The position numbers were made by a program, and so were the translations under genes. This document shows positions 49,121-63,062 of a stretch of 64,000 nt of DNA, in pieces. This stretch comes from Squalus acanthias. Its lineage: Eukaryota. Below the pieces are notes generated by a model. The model did no database searches, was not told the DNA's origin, and was given only the letters and a program-made list of their open reading frames with translations. The DNA is taken from assembly GCA_030390025.1 (NCBI GenBank), contig CM059432.1, forward strand, positions 62,126,001 to 62,190,000, given 5' to 3'. Numbering within the stretch: position 1 is the stretch's first letter; each line of letters opens with the position of its first letter.

Positions 49121-50569
49121 AACAATGTCCTTCGACCCCATTTCCAAAGAGGATTATCCATGAAGCAGTGTTATCATCTTCCAGGAACTCCGGTGAGATT
49201 GCTTAACTCATTTCAGTTTGGACTCAACTGAACAGTGTAGACATGGGTGCCAAAGTCAAAAGATAGTGTTCAAACTAACCCCCGAAGTCAAATATGTTAT
49301 CAGAGGGAGACACAGAACAACTGAGGCTAAGTGCTGATCTACAAAGTCGTAGGGAATATTAGATGAGCTGACGTAACAGCAATATTGTTGGAGGTGCACA
49401 GTTCTCCCTCTTCCTCCTCTTCATGCCCTCTACCAAGGTAAAAATAAGTTTGTTAAACATACAGGGTTTGCAGGTCAGGAGTTATTTCAGACAAATTGCA
49501 GGTTGGATAGGAGGATCTGGAAACCAAAATTGTGGGGGGGCGGCATAATACCTCAAATTTGATTTTCTTTTTGGAAAATATCTTATGTAATTTATTTTAC
49601 TAAGATGGCTTCTGTTCCTAATTCTACTTCTGTCTCTGTCTGGCACATAGAAGACTTCAACCCAGGTACTAATAATGGCTGTGAAATAGTTAAACAAAAC
49701 ATAATTGGCACATCAGAAAAGGCATAAAATAGTTAGATTTCTCTAATGCCTTTTTGGAGTTGGTCAGAAAGGTGACTTGAAGATCTGCTTTTTCCTGCCT
49801 CCCTGTAGGGGAGCCACTTTTCAATACTTCCTTTTGACAGCATGATGAATTCAGGAATTCATTCTAAAGGCATTGTGGATAAGATGTCCTATGACTCCAT
49901 GGTAATTTCATTGGAATACCAGCCAGTTGTCCTCCATGCTGCAGTCAAACACAATCAATTTTGCACATTGTTTTTAAAAAAAACAAACTGAGTGCAAGTC
50001 CATATTCTTGGTCATTGGTCTGGTGTACTGTTGCTCCAGGCAAAATTGTAATGGTACCATGTTCAGTCATTTTAAGTGAAAGCCACTACAATCCAAATAG
50101 AATTTTTGTTTTTAAAAAAAACCAACTACAGATATATCTCTTTGGACTTTTAGCTTTAGCAAAAATTAATCCATACTCTATTAATATTATTTTCAGAACA
50201 TTTGTAAATGTATGCAGTCTAGAGTTTCCTTTTTTGAGGTCTACAGTTTGCATAGTGGTTCCAAGTACAAATAAAAGTCATATGAGACACCACATCTAAC
50301 GATACATGGCCTACAGTTTTATTTTTGTACCACATCCAGAAATAACAAGATTGAATTTTTCATTTTCGTTGGCGAATAATATAAATTGACAAATTCTTTA
50401 ATTTTTAAGCAATAACAAGTGCATACTGTTCACCCATGAGACTAGACTGAAGGATGGAATCAGTCCTTGCTGTGCCAGTATTTAGTCAGTTTTTAAAATG
50501 TGAAAAACAACGCAAGTCGTCTCCTGCTGTTCAGTCATACCTAACATTTTGTTTCATTTGTTCGCTAAA

Positions 50570-50990
50570 CTTAGGGATTAACTGATGTTTTTAAATTCAT
50601 GAAGAAAATTGACCAAGTTGAATCGGGTAAACTATTCAGTGTGACAAAAGATTCAAATACAAGGGAGGGCACAAGGTACAGAGGCAAAGAATAAGGATCC
50701 TGGGTATCAGAAATTTAAGTTCAGAGGAACAACTAAGGAACTAGAGCTTGCTTTCTTGGAAAATAAACTTTGAGGTGATTTAACTCAAGTTTTCAAAATA
50801 ATACAGTGCATTGACAAAATTGATCCAAGCAAATTGTTCACTACAGTGAAGGATTTAAATACCAGTTGGGCCGAGTTTAAATGTTAGGGAGTTGGGAGTG
50901 AAAACGGAAGTCAGGCAGAGCATTTTTACACAAAGATTAATAGATTTGTGAAATAAGTTGCCAGGGGAGTATAAGAACACTGGAATCAAT
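50570..50990 (+). mobile_element. Very degraded CR1 3' remnants
   Basis: gaggaacaactaaggaactagagcttg, tgaggtgatttaactcaagttttcaaaata and catttttacacaaaga. Confidence 0.5.
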
Positions 50991-52902
50991 ATCCTGTCAA
51001 GAATATTTGTCAAGGAACCATATAAATCCTTAACCCCTTCAAATTAACTCCTCATCAATGAACTGTCTGGTGTTTATCGCCCTGTCTATGGTAGGGAGTT
51101 ATTGATGCTCAGGTTTGACTCGCCAAACTGTCTTAAATCAACCAATTTGGATTATATTAGCATTTACACTACCAACGTCCCATCAAGATTTGCACAAACT
51201 GCTAAGTGAATGAACTAACCCTTTCTTGCTACTTATCTCCGGGAAACAGAGGGAAACTTGTACATCTCAGTGATACACTTATATCTGGCTGGTATAGCTG
51301 TACAATTTTAATTTCTGCAACCTTTCTCTCGCTCTCTCTTGGACAGTGATGTCCTTCTACATAATCCAGAGACAGAACTTCTACATCAACTACATCGACT
51401 ACTAAAAAAACTTGAAATAAATTAAGAACTGAGGACTGAACTTGAGTGTCGAAAAATATCTTGTATATCCTTAATTTCCAGAGAAACCTCCTCAATTTTA
51501 TTGAACGATCTGAGTGACACGTCCTGGTAGAGTTCAGCCCTTCTGGTGTCAGTTATCTCGTACAGTTCCGTTGGTCCCCTTGTTGACCTCCAAATCAATG
51601 AGGTACTGGCACCTAGATTTGCAAAGTCACTTGTTTGCTCCCTGGCTTCTCAGGCCTTTGCTAACAAAGGGGTTGTACACAGGTTCAGATAAAGCAGGAC
51701 AACTTTATGTCCTCCTCAATGAGCTATCTGTGAGCCTGTGGTTTTGATGACTTCCTTTCCAGGTAAGGAATGTTTTGTTTTTATAAGCCTTCATGCTTTA
51801 ATTAGTATTAACCCATTCCTTTGCATTCAGTCTGACTACTGACTCCCTTTTGAGGATACATTTAAGGCAATTTTAGGGCATTTCTCCTACAGAAGACCTT
51901 TCAAGCAAACAGTATAAATTAATTCACGAGATTAAAAAGAAAAAAGGAAGGGCAAGACAGAAAATACTGGAAACTTCTGTAGATCTCTGCTAATGCCTTT
52001 GTTGAGTTGGCTGTATAGGTGACTAGGTGACTTTTTTTCCCTTCCTTTGAAGAAGTCTTTGTATCTTTCAGAGATATGACTTGAGTTCAGGAATTAATTC
52101 TGAGTGCATTGCTGGCAAGACATCCTGCTACTCTATGGTGCAGTGCATTAGAAAACGAACTGATGATGACTCTCATCTGCCCCCTCCCGCCCCCTGAAAT
52201 GTTAACTTCTCTTTTCAGCTGCTGATATACCTGTTGTGTAATACCAGTATATTTTGGTTTTTATTTTAAATGAGTTCAAGAGGCTACTAGATGTCTTTCT
52301 AGACAGAAGAGATTGAGTTATATGGTGAGAAGGTAGTTGTGTGGAGTTGAGATCATTCAAAAGGCTGGCTTCCCAGTGGTCTTTCCTGTTCCTCAAAAAT
52401 CCTGTGTTCTATACAGCCTGTTTTCAATTCTATTATGGCATCATACCTTACCAAATAACATTGTTATTGTTTGATTACAGTTCGTATCACAAACTCATTT
52501 GATGTAATTGCTATTAATGTTAAGGGTAGATTAGCTTTAGACCAAATAAGTAAGTTAGAACTAGTAAAAAAAACACTGGAATGGTGAGCAAGATACAGGG
52601 AATGGAGGGGAAGCTGAGGATGCATGGTAATCTGGTTGGTAAGAAAGTAGGCTGCATAAGAGTAAAGGATATGTGGTGGTAGGTCAGAACCAGAATTGTA
52701 AGAGTGAAACCACATGAATAAAATGTTGCTGTAAAGTTTCCCAACAGAACAACTTAAAAGGATTTCCTTGAAGCTTATGCAGGGACACTGATACTGGTGG
52801 CTTGTTTGTTTGGGTTAAGCAGCTGTAGATTGGTTTCTAAGCCAGTCTTAAATTGTGGCCCCACTAAAAAAATGTTGGATCCACTCCTTGGCACAGGTAT
52901 TA

Positions 52903-54890
52903 CATAGGATCACATAGGATAAACGGCGCAGTAACAGGCCATTCGGCTCAAACAGTCTATGCCGACGTTTATGCTCTACTCGAGCCTCCTCCCATCTTTT
53001 CTCATCTAAATCTATCAGCATAACCCTCTATTCCCTTCTCTCTCATATGCTTGTCTAGCCTCCCCTTAAATACATCTATTCTTTTCACTTCAACCACTCC
53101 CTGTGATGGCGAATTCCACAATCTCACCACTCTTTGGGTAAAGAAGTTTCTTCTGAATTCCCCATTGGATCTCTTGGTGACTATCTTATATTGATGGCCT
53201 CTAGTTATGCTCTTCCCCACAAGTGGAAACATTCTCTCTCTATGCACTCTATCAAAACCTTTCATAATTTTAAAGGCCTCTTTTAGGTCACCCCTCAGCC
53301 TTTTTTCAAGAGAAAAGTGACTCAGCCTGTTCATCCTTTCCTGATACGTATACCCTCGCATTTCTGGTATCATCCTTGTAAATCTTCTCTGCACCCTCTC
53401 CAGTGCTTCTATTCTTTTTATAATATGGCGACCAGAATTGTACGCAGTGCTCTAAGTGTGGTCTAACCAAGGTTCGATACAGGTTTAGCATAACTTCCCT
53501 ACTTTTCAATTCTATACCTCTAGAAATAAACCCTAGTGCTTGGTTTGCTTTTTTATGGCCTTGCTAACCTGTGTCACAACTTTTAGTGATTTGTGTATTT
53601 GTACTCCGAGATCCCTTTTGTTCCTCTACCCCACCTAGACTCGCACCCTCCAAGTAATAAGTGACCTCCCTATTCTTCCTACCAAAATGTAATACCTCAC
53701 ATTTATCTGTGTTGAACTTCATTTGACAATTAAATGCCCATTCTGCAAGATTATTAATGTCCTCCTGTAATTTGTTGCAGCCCTCCTCAGTATTGACTAT
53801 CTCTCTCCCCCCCCGCCCCCCCCCAAATTTAGAAACTGTGTTTTTAATTCCGAAGTCTAAATCGTTAATATAACTTGTGAACAACAGTGGTCCCAACACT
53901 GATCCTTGTGGAACATCACTACCCACCTTCTGCCACTGTGAATAGCTACCTTTTTACCCCTACTCTCTACTTTCTGTCTTGAAACTAGCTAGCTATCCAT
54001 TCTGCTACTTGTCCCCTGACTCCACATTCTCTGACCTTGATCATCAGTCTATTACGGGGTACCTTATCGAAGGCCTTTATGAAAATCTAGATAAATTACA
54101 CCTACTGCATTACCATTGTCTACTCTCTCTGTTACCTCTTCAAAAAATTCAATGAGGTTGGCCAAGCAAGACTTTCGCTTTTGAAATCTATGCTGACTAT
54201 TTATTCATTACTATGTTTTTGGTTTCTAGATGTTCTTCTATTTTCTCCTTCAGTAGGGATTCCATTATTTTTCCTACCACCGATGTTAAGCTGACTGGTC
54301 TATAATTCCCTGGACATGTTCTATTTCCCCCTTCTTAAATATAGGTATTATGTTAGCTATCTGCCAGTCCTCTGGCACTACACCTTTTTCTAACGAATTG
54401 TTAAATAGGTGTAGTAATGCCTCTGCTATCTTTTCCCTAGATTCTTTTAAAATGCATGGTTGCAATCCATCTGGACCAGGGGTTTTATCCTCTGAGTTTG
54501 ATTAGTTTATTTAATATATCCCCTCTTTTTATTTTAAATGCACTTATCTCATTACTAATCTCATCATCCAATGTCATGTTCTATCACTGTCATTGTTTTA
54601 TCTCCCTGGTAAGTACTGAAGCAAAATAATTATTTAATATTTCTGCCATCTCTCTATCATTATCTGTGGTATTATCCTATCTATCCCTTAATGGCCCTAT
54701 TGCCATCCAAACCTTCCTTTTTTTATTGATGTGCCAGTAAAATATTTTACTATTTTGTTTTATGTTCCTTGATAATTTAATTTCATAGTTCCTCTTTGCC
54801 TTCCTAATTGTTTTTTTGACTTCTCTCCTAATCTCTTCGTATTCTCCTTTATCAAGCACTCCCCTGCCGTCTATGTACTTAATGTACAGA
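52903..54890 (-). mobile_element. CR1, second subfamily, 5'-truncated
   Basis: ORFs at 53002, 53306, 53564 and 54677 (part), including PQGSVLGP and RPHLEHCVQFWSP. Tail cataggatcacataggat. Confidence 0.92.
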
Positions 54891-55305
54891 GGTATCTCCT
54901 TCCTGTCAGCCACTTCACTGGAGGGAAGAAAACCAACCCACAATGCTGGGTCTCTTTGGGGCCAGAGGATGAAGTTTTCTTTCAATGGTAATGCCGTTGT
55001 ATTTCTTGTATTTTTCCAAATGAACACTTGTAATTTGAATATAAAGTATTCCCTGTAAACTTCCCTTTTAACTCACCTGGATTCATGCCTTCCTGATTCT
55101 TGCAGAGTTTCTTTTTTAATTATAGCGATTGAAAGTTTGGAGAATAACATTTCATGGATGGGGATGTTCATAGAGCTGCCTCCTCCCATTAGTTGTTTAA
55201 TTGTCCACCACCATTCACGACTGGATGTGGCTGGACTACAACACTTCGATCTGATTGTTGGTTGTGGGATCGCTTATCTCTGTCTATGGCATATTGCTTC
55301 TGCAT

Positions 55306-57075
55306 TTTTTTTTTGTTCATGGAATGTGGGCATCGCTGGCAAGGGCAGTATTTATTGCCCATATCTAATTGCCCTTGAAAAGGTGGTGGCGAGCCGCCGC
55401 CTTGAACCGCTGCAGTCTGTGTGGTGAAGTTACTCCCATAGTGCTGTTCGGGAGGCAGTTCCAGGATTTTGACCCAGCGACGATGAAGAAACGGCGATAT
55501 GCTTCCAAGTCAGGACGGTGTGTAACTTGGAGATGGGGAACTTGCAGGTGATGGTGTTCCCATGCGCCTACTGACCCTTATCCTTCTAGGTGGTAAAGGT
55601 CACGGGCATGGGAGGTGGTGCTGAAGAAGCCTTGGTGAGTTGTTGCAGTGCATCTTGTAGATGGTACTGCAGCCACGGTACACCGGTGGTGGAGCGAGTG
55701 AATGTTTAAGGTGGTGGATGGGGTGCCAATCAAGCGGGCTGCTTTGTTCTGGATGGTGTCGAGCTTCTTGAGTGTTGTTGGAGCTGCACTCATCCAGGCA
55801 AGTGGAGAGTATTCCATCACACTCCTGACTTGTGCCTTGTAGATGGTGGAAAGGCTTTGGGGAGGCAGGAGGTGACACTCGCTGCAGAATACCCAGCCTC
55901 TGACCTGCTCTTGTTGCCACAGTATTTATGTGGCTGGTCCAGTTAAGTTTCTGGTCAATGGTGACCCCCAGGATGTTGATGGTGGGGGAATTCGGCGATG
56001 GTAATACCATTGAATGTCAAGGGGCGGTGGTTAGACTCTCTCTTGTTGGAGATAGTCATTGCCTGGCACTTGTGTGGCGCGAACGTTACTTGCCACTTAT
56101 CAGCCCAAGCCTGAATGTTGTCCAGGTCTTGCTGCATGCAGCATGGACTGCTTCTTTATCTGAGGGGTTGTGAATGGAACGGAACACTGTGCAATCATCA
56201 GCGAACATCCCCATTTCTGACCTTATGTTGGAGGGAAGGTCATTGATGAAGCAGCTGTAGATGGTTGGGCCTAGGACACTGCCCTGAAGAATTCCTGCAG
56301 CGATGTCCTGGGGCTGAGATGATTGACCGCCAACAACCACAACCATGTTCCTTTGTGCTAGGTATGACTTCAGCCAGTGGAGAGTTTTCCCCCTGATTTC
56401 CATTGACTTCAGTCATGTAGTCCTGTGTTGCAGCTTCACCATGTTGGTACCTCATTTTTGGGTACATCCAGTGCTGCTCCTGGCATTCTTTTCTACACTC
56501 CTCATTGAACCAGGGTTGGTCCCCTAGCTTGATGGTAATGGTAGAGTGAGGGATATGCCAGGCCATAAGGTTATAGATTGTGGTGGAATACAGTTGAGCT
56601 ACTGCTGATGGCCCACAGTGCCTCATGGATGTCCAGGTTTGTGCTGCAAGATCTCTTCTGAATCTATCCCATTTAGCACGCTGGTAGTGCCACACAACAC
56701 GATGGAGGGTCTCTTCAGTGTGAAGATGGCACTTTGTCTCCACAGGTAGATTGGCGAGAATGAGGTCAAGTACGTTTTTCCCTCGTGTTGGTTCTCTCAC
56801 CAGCTGTCGCAGGCCCAGTCTGGCAGCTATGTCCTTCAGGACTCTGCCATTAGTGGTGCTACCAAGTCACTCCGATGGACATTGAAGTCCCCCACAGTAT
56901 ATTCTGTGCCAGGACTCTCAGGGCTACTCCTTCCCGACTGTATACCACTGTGCTGCCACCTTTGGTTGGTCTGTCCTGCCTTTGCGACAGGACATACCTA
57001 GGGATGGTGATGGAGGAGTCTGGGACGTTGACTGAAAGGTATGATTCTGTGAGCATGACTATGTCAGGCTGTTGT
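55306..57075 (-). mobile_element. LINE family 2, internally deleted (EN fragment plus RT C-terminus and 3' end)
   Basis: EN-like PDIVMLTESYL...RQDRPTKGG and EPTRGKNVLDLIL; RT QGSVLGPT..FINDLP..FADD and MEYSPLAW. A-rich 3' end at 55306. Confidence 0.88.
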
Positions 57076-59429
57076 ACCATGATCGTATGATTTCCTCCTT
57101 GGACTTTAATGGGCAACAAGGATCTTATTACTTATAATTCAGCTCACAGTTTCATGTCTGCTGCATGCCAGCCTTCCCCATTTTGTACTCATGCCAACTA
57201 TTTCAATAAAATTATCATTAAGAGGAATTTCACCTGCTGTAAAGTCCAACTACTTTCATTATCAGGGAATGGTAGCAGTGTTCAAGTCTTGTACCCTGTT
57301 CAGGAGTGTGATATAGGGATTAGTTTGTTGTCTGACAGGTGATCCATCTTTCATTTCTAAGCACGTAAATATATGTACAGTTTTCTTTCATTTTCTTTCC
57401 CCCCCCCACCCCACCCACCTCTTTTATTGATATTACTCTGGTCATTGGTGCTCCTCTTAAACTGCAAGTACATCTCCAACATGTTCTTCCTCCTCCAGAT
57501 ATGGTCATTTTGTTGAAATCAAGAGACTTATTGTAGAGTTACCTAATCTATTTAATTCTTTCCCAGGACCAGGAAAATTGAATTCCTTACCTTTCTGTCT
57601 TTCCTTCCTCCTATGATCTTCAGACTGTTAAAACTCAAACGTGGCATCATCTGAAACAATATTTCCTGATCCACCACCTCATTTTCACCCTTTCAACTTT
57701 GGTGATGTGCAGAACAATGGGCCTTGGTCTTTCACCTTGGTTTCTTAATTTAAAAAGCATTTAATTAGAATGTGTGTTGTCCATTCCTGTTCCATTCCCT
57801 CCCCTCTCGCATGTGGTACACTGACATATTAATCCTACCTGCTTTTATGTCAATAAAGAAACATGCAGAATGTTAGGATCTGCAGAACTGGGGGACCAAT
57901 AACTAAACTACTTAACAAATGTAAATAATAATTATAAGAGCCAGTTCAAGCACTCTTGTTAAGGTTCTTGTATCAGTTATGAGCAGTGTTTCCATTGACA
58001 ACTCACCTTTCTGCTTAACTGGTAATGGTGTTAGCACATGGGGAGGAAATATAAATGGAAAAAAATGGATTAGAATTATTGAAATTACAGCTCAAAAAGT
58101 GGCCATTCAGCTCACCACGAATTTTCTGGTACTAGCTTTTTAACTGGAGACACCTGTTCTAATTTGATTTCACTGCCCTTTCCCGTATTCCTTTATATTC
58201 TTTATTTTCAAATACATAATGAAAGTAGTGTTGAAGTAAAAACTCTTGAATTGAAATGATGCAACAACAGGTAAGCATAGCACTTGAGATCAGTTTTAAT
58301 CTTGCTGCTGATTAAAGTAGAATTAGAAATTGATCCAGAGGACAAGTATTCAAAAGTCGTTGATGTTAAATGATCTCTTTCCAAGCATTTACTGATTTGG
58401 TTTAAGAAAACTCAACATTTACCACTCGCTTTACAAATAGTTACCCATAAGGGAGGAGGAACTGCGATTGAATGGTTTTGTGAAACTCATCTTGGCCTTT
58501 GTTGAAATTCTGGTTTCAGAAGTGACTTTAAGATAAATAATCATGTTCCAGCAAGAGAAAATGTTATTTAATGGAGATATTTTCTATCAGTTAACATTAT
58601 CGGTACTTTTGTTGCTTAAGAGATAAGAGGTACATTGTTCTGAAGTTGAGGTAAATGGAGTTTAATTTTCTTTGTGACATTTATTCAGTACTAAACATCT
58701 GCTTTTGAGGGGATTTGGGGGTCTGATGTTTTCCATCTCAATGCTTTATTAATATTGGCACAAAGATACAAGGTTTTTTTGATGAATGTCAATACTTTCA
58801 TCTTCAAAATGAAATGTACTAAATTATACGTGAGTATTTCATGTTGCAAATTATTTTATAAGGCTAGTTGTATAGATGAACAGACAAGGTTTGTAGGATT
58901 AAAATGATGGTATAAATACCCAGTTAGTTAAGAATATTTACCTTTTATTTTTATATTTTACCATTTATGTAGATGGATTGCTGTTTTGTTTGTCCATTTA
59001 TCCAAAGTAGTATAAAATTCCAAGAAGCCGAATTGCTGTTAGTGTGGTGATACGTTCAGTGTCTGGTGAGCAAGAAAACCCTGCTTGTACTCCAGTGACC
59101 TCCTCACCAATGCATATTAATATTTTCTATTTTAGCACCGTTATAAATGATCTTTCTCTAATAAATGAAATTTTCCATTATTTGTACAGTTGTAGTGTCT
59201 CTAGCTCTTTGAATGCAATCCCTTGCTTCCAAATGTCCTAACTTTAATAAAGTTATTAGCTACAAACCTAGACCCTCTACTTACAATGCCTTTTGTTGAG
59301 GTCATTAATACATGGGTTGAATAGATGGGATCTGAGGACTGATACCTGAAAGCTCTGTTGGTCACAGCTGCACAATTAAAACTGTTACTATCTGTCCTTG
59401 ATTTCCTATCAGCTAATGTATAATCCATT

Positions 59430-60935
59430 TAAGAACTAACGAACCCCAGAAACACAAAAACACCATTCGGCCCAATCAAGCCTGACCTATTCATAAATAA
59501 GCATTATCCACTCACCTTCTCTCACTCAAAACATTTCCAATTGCCTCTTGAGCCCAATTTATACTGTCTGCTTCAATGGCTCTTCCCTGGTAAGTTATTC
59601 CACAACTTGCACACCTTTGGTGAAAAGGTTCCTTACTCTTAACTCTTTAACTCTTCACCATAGTGAATGATTTGCCTGAATCAGTTTGTCAATTCCTGTC
59701 ATAATGAAGACAAGTCTCCTTTGCCCCCAAAGAAAATAAGTCTGACTTCTTTAACCTTTCCTGAGAAGAATTCCTATAACTAAAATAATTTCATTGCCTC
59801 TGTACTCTAAAAAGCAATAGCATCCACCTTGTGATTCAAAGACCAGACTGCACCCAGTACTTCAGAGCATCTAACCAACCCCTTATAGAGCAACAATATA
59901 ATCTCTTTAGACATATTGGCCCGTAATTTCCGATAGGAGGCTTCCTGCGTGCGGATGCCTCCTATCGGAAAAAAATCTACGCACTTACCTGAGGGCTCCC
60001 GAGGTCCGGACAGTTCCGATGCTGGGCCTCTCCACAGTCGAAATGCGCAGGGCCCACGTATCCCAGAGGCGCATGCGGTTCGCAAGCGTCCCTGGGATCA
60101 TGTGGGCCAGGCGAGCCAATGAAAGAAGGGAATCCCCCTTCATACTTTTGACAGACAGATCTGTCAAAAGTATGAATGGGGATCACTGAAAAAAGACACG
60201 AAAACATTAAATACATTTGTAAAAATCCATCACGTTTTTAAAATGAGTTAAAATTACATTAAATTAAATATTTTAAACAAAAATTTAATTTTTTGAAAAA
60301 ATATAAGTTTTTTACGGGGCTAAAAATAAACTTACCTTTTTTAAAAGTATATTTAAATTATAAATGAGTGGGGAAATTTTTTTTTTTAATTTTAAACTCT
60401 TATGCTGGTAAAAGCAGGCCTTATGCCTGCTTTTACCAGGCGCAATATTTCTCAGGGTTTTCAGCAAGCGGAGGTTTTGCAGAAAGCGGAACTCTCCCCC
60501 CGCAGAGGCCCTTCTCCAGGGCAGGCGTCCGATCTGTCAAGAGCACTTGGCATGCCTGAAACCGGCATTTCCGATGTCCCTACGGGTGCGTACACAGCTC
60601 ATACATACCCGTAGGCATCGGAAAATACGTGCCATTATATCCCTCTGCCGATGTAACTGAGCACCTTATTTTTATTTTGCTAAGCACTATATTGACAGTT
60701 TCACAGATTTATCCACCATAACCCTTAGATTTGTTTCCTGATGAGCATGTTGTACCATTGTCCCATCTTTTGGCTCCTTGCTTCCATACAAATTGTTTTC
60801 TATTTTACCACTTTGAATTGCATCAGTTGCCTATTGGCCCATCCACATATCTAAGGATATTTACTCCTAATGTTATTACATTGTTGCTTGGTATCCTCTG
60901 AATCATTAATCTACCCATATAATTAACGGTTTTAC
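59430..60935 (-). mobile_element. Old degraded CR1 that hosts a family A MITE
   Basis: 3'UTR-like ccattcggcccaatcaagcctg, and the KEIILLLYKGLVR segment in ORF 59807. Confidence 0.65.
59918..60633 (-). mobile_element. Harbinger-like MITE family A, complete, inverted relative to 43341
   Basis: TIR GGCCCGTAATTTCCGA / TCGGAAAATACGTGCC. Perfect ATT duplication at 59915-59917 and 60634-60636. Confidence 0.9.
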
Positions 60936-61357
60936 ATCTGGCACAGCAGCAACTTTCAATTATATATAACTTTTAAAGTAAAAAAAAATGTCCCAAGATG
61001 CTTCAGAAATGAAAAACTTACTGAGCCATGGAGAGAGAGATTAAGAGGTGATTTTTTTTTTTAAACTTGGTAGGTTTTGAGAAATTGAGAGAAAGAACAA
61101 TTTCAGGAGGTAGTTTGAAAGTAGGCCCAAGGTAGCTGATGGCTGTACCCACCAATATGGGGTGGGGGGTGGGGAATGAAGGGATTGGGAAACACACAAA
61201 AGGTCAAAGGAGCAGGGTGGATTATAAGACTGGAAGAGGTTCCAGAAATAGGTAGGGGAAGACCATGGATGGATTTAACAGCAGGGGATCCAACATTCCT
61301 GGAGCTGGGAGGGCAGGACAGTGGCTAACCCTTTCAGGGTGGTGCATGATTTTGGGA

Positions 61358-61670
61358 TAGAATCATAGAATAGTACAGCACAGAAGGAGGCTATTCGGCC
61401 CATTGGGTCTGTGCCAGCTCTTTCAAAGAACAATCCAGTTAGTCCCACTCCCCTGCTCTTTCCTCATATCCCTCCAATTCTTTCTCCTTCAAGTATTTAT
61501 CCAATTCCCTTTTGAAAGCTACTATTGAATCTGTTTCCACCACCCTATAAGGCAGAGCATTCCAAATCCTAACTACTCTTTGTATAAAAAAGGTTTTGCT
61601 CGTGTCACCTCTAGTTCTTTTGCCTTAAATCTGTGCCCTCTGGTTATCGACTCCAGCCTTTGGAAACAAT
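61358..61670 (-). mobile_element. CR1 3' fragment inside degraded L2 remnants (about 60945-61350 and 62050-62400)
   Basis: Tail tagaatcatagaat, 3'UTR ggaggctattcggccc, and the ITRGHRFK motif. Confidence 0.75.
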
Positions 61671-63062
61671 GGACCCAGTTCCTCCAGGAGTCCACCTTTT
61701 GTGCCCTTTCCCAAATTCTTGACATTATTGAAACAGGCGGGATGATGTCCCTGCCTAGACTTCTACCACTTCTGCCTTTTTTAATCCATGGAAAGTATGC
61801 TTGCATGATGCAGGTGTACATGACAGAAACCAGCAGGAGTGAGGCCCACAATGCAGTTTTCTTAATGGCAATCGATCCCAGAGCTATTGACTGGTACTGC
61901 TCCAATATTCTTGGCCCGCCAAGGGGTGTATACCCGGAAAGTGCCATGAATGATGTGGCCCTTCGATCCCTTTATTCTGATGACTGTGTCGACGGGATTT
62001 GGCAATGCTGGGCTACACTAATGGCTGGAAATCCTGCCCCTTCACACTTCCAGTGACAGAGCAGGTCTTGAGGAATTGTGACCTAAAGGACAAGGATTTT
62101 AACCTAAATGGATTGGGGGTCTAGAAACCACTAATAGTCACTGAGGACAGGAGTGATGGGCTGGATGTAGGACAGCATGCAAGTGGCTGCATTTGGAATA
62201 GTTGGAGTTTGAGGGTGGAGGATGGGAGGACAATGAGGAGAACATGAGAAAAATCGAGTATAGAAGGCACAAAAACATAAGTAAAGGTTAGAGTCAGGAA
62301 ATGTTGTACAGATAAAAGAGGCAGTTTTGGTGACGGATGGGAGGTGGGGTTTCAACCCAAGCTCCGGGTAGAACAGGGTGCCAAGGCATACATTTGACAT
62401 GTCTGTCGGCATGAAGTATGTTGATGTACTCAAAAATCATTTTCAATGAATAGTAACCAACTTAAAATATCTCAAAATAATTTTGATTTATGAATAAAAG
62501 GAATCAATGGCATTCGTTAGCAGCACAAATGTAACCTCGAGTGTGAAAAAGATTCTGGTGTTCGAACTTGCTGCTATTATGCAGCAATCGTTGTCTGTAT
62601 AATGTATTTGTAATGAATGCTAGATGTAATCAGTTAAAAGGTGGTCATACTTTAAAAAAAAAGTTAGGGCAAGAAATCATGAGTAGGAACTTGTTCCATG
62701 AAGGGTTTTACTTTTTGCTGTAACCTTTAGAAAGTGACATCAGAGGGCAGCACTAAAGATTAGCTTGTTAACTTTTACCCTTCCATCATAAAATTAAACT
62801 TTGACTTTGGATGCCACAAGCAAGTTCAGAGTCCTTCTATTTACTGACAGAGTTATTGATGTGACTGAAGTACATGTAAAACTGTGACTAGTAATGACAT
62901 CAGCATTTACAGTGCAGTATTGCCTTGTCCTCCTTGCCCTATGATCGCGCCCACACCACACAAGCTTCACCTAAGTCCCTGTCCAAATGTTAAAAAACTG
63001 ATCTTAATTTCAGCCCTGTTAGAAAAAAATGGAAATGTGTTACCAGGAACTACAATGTTTGA

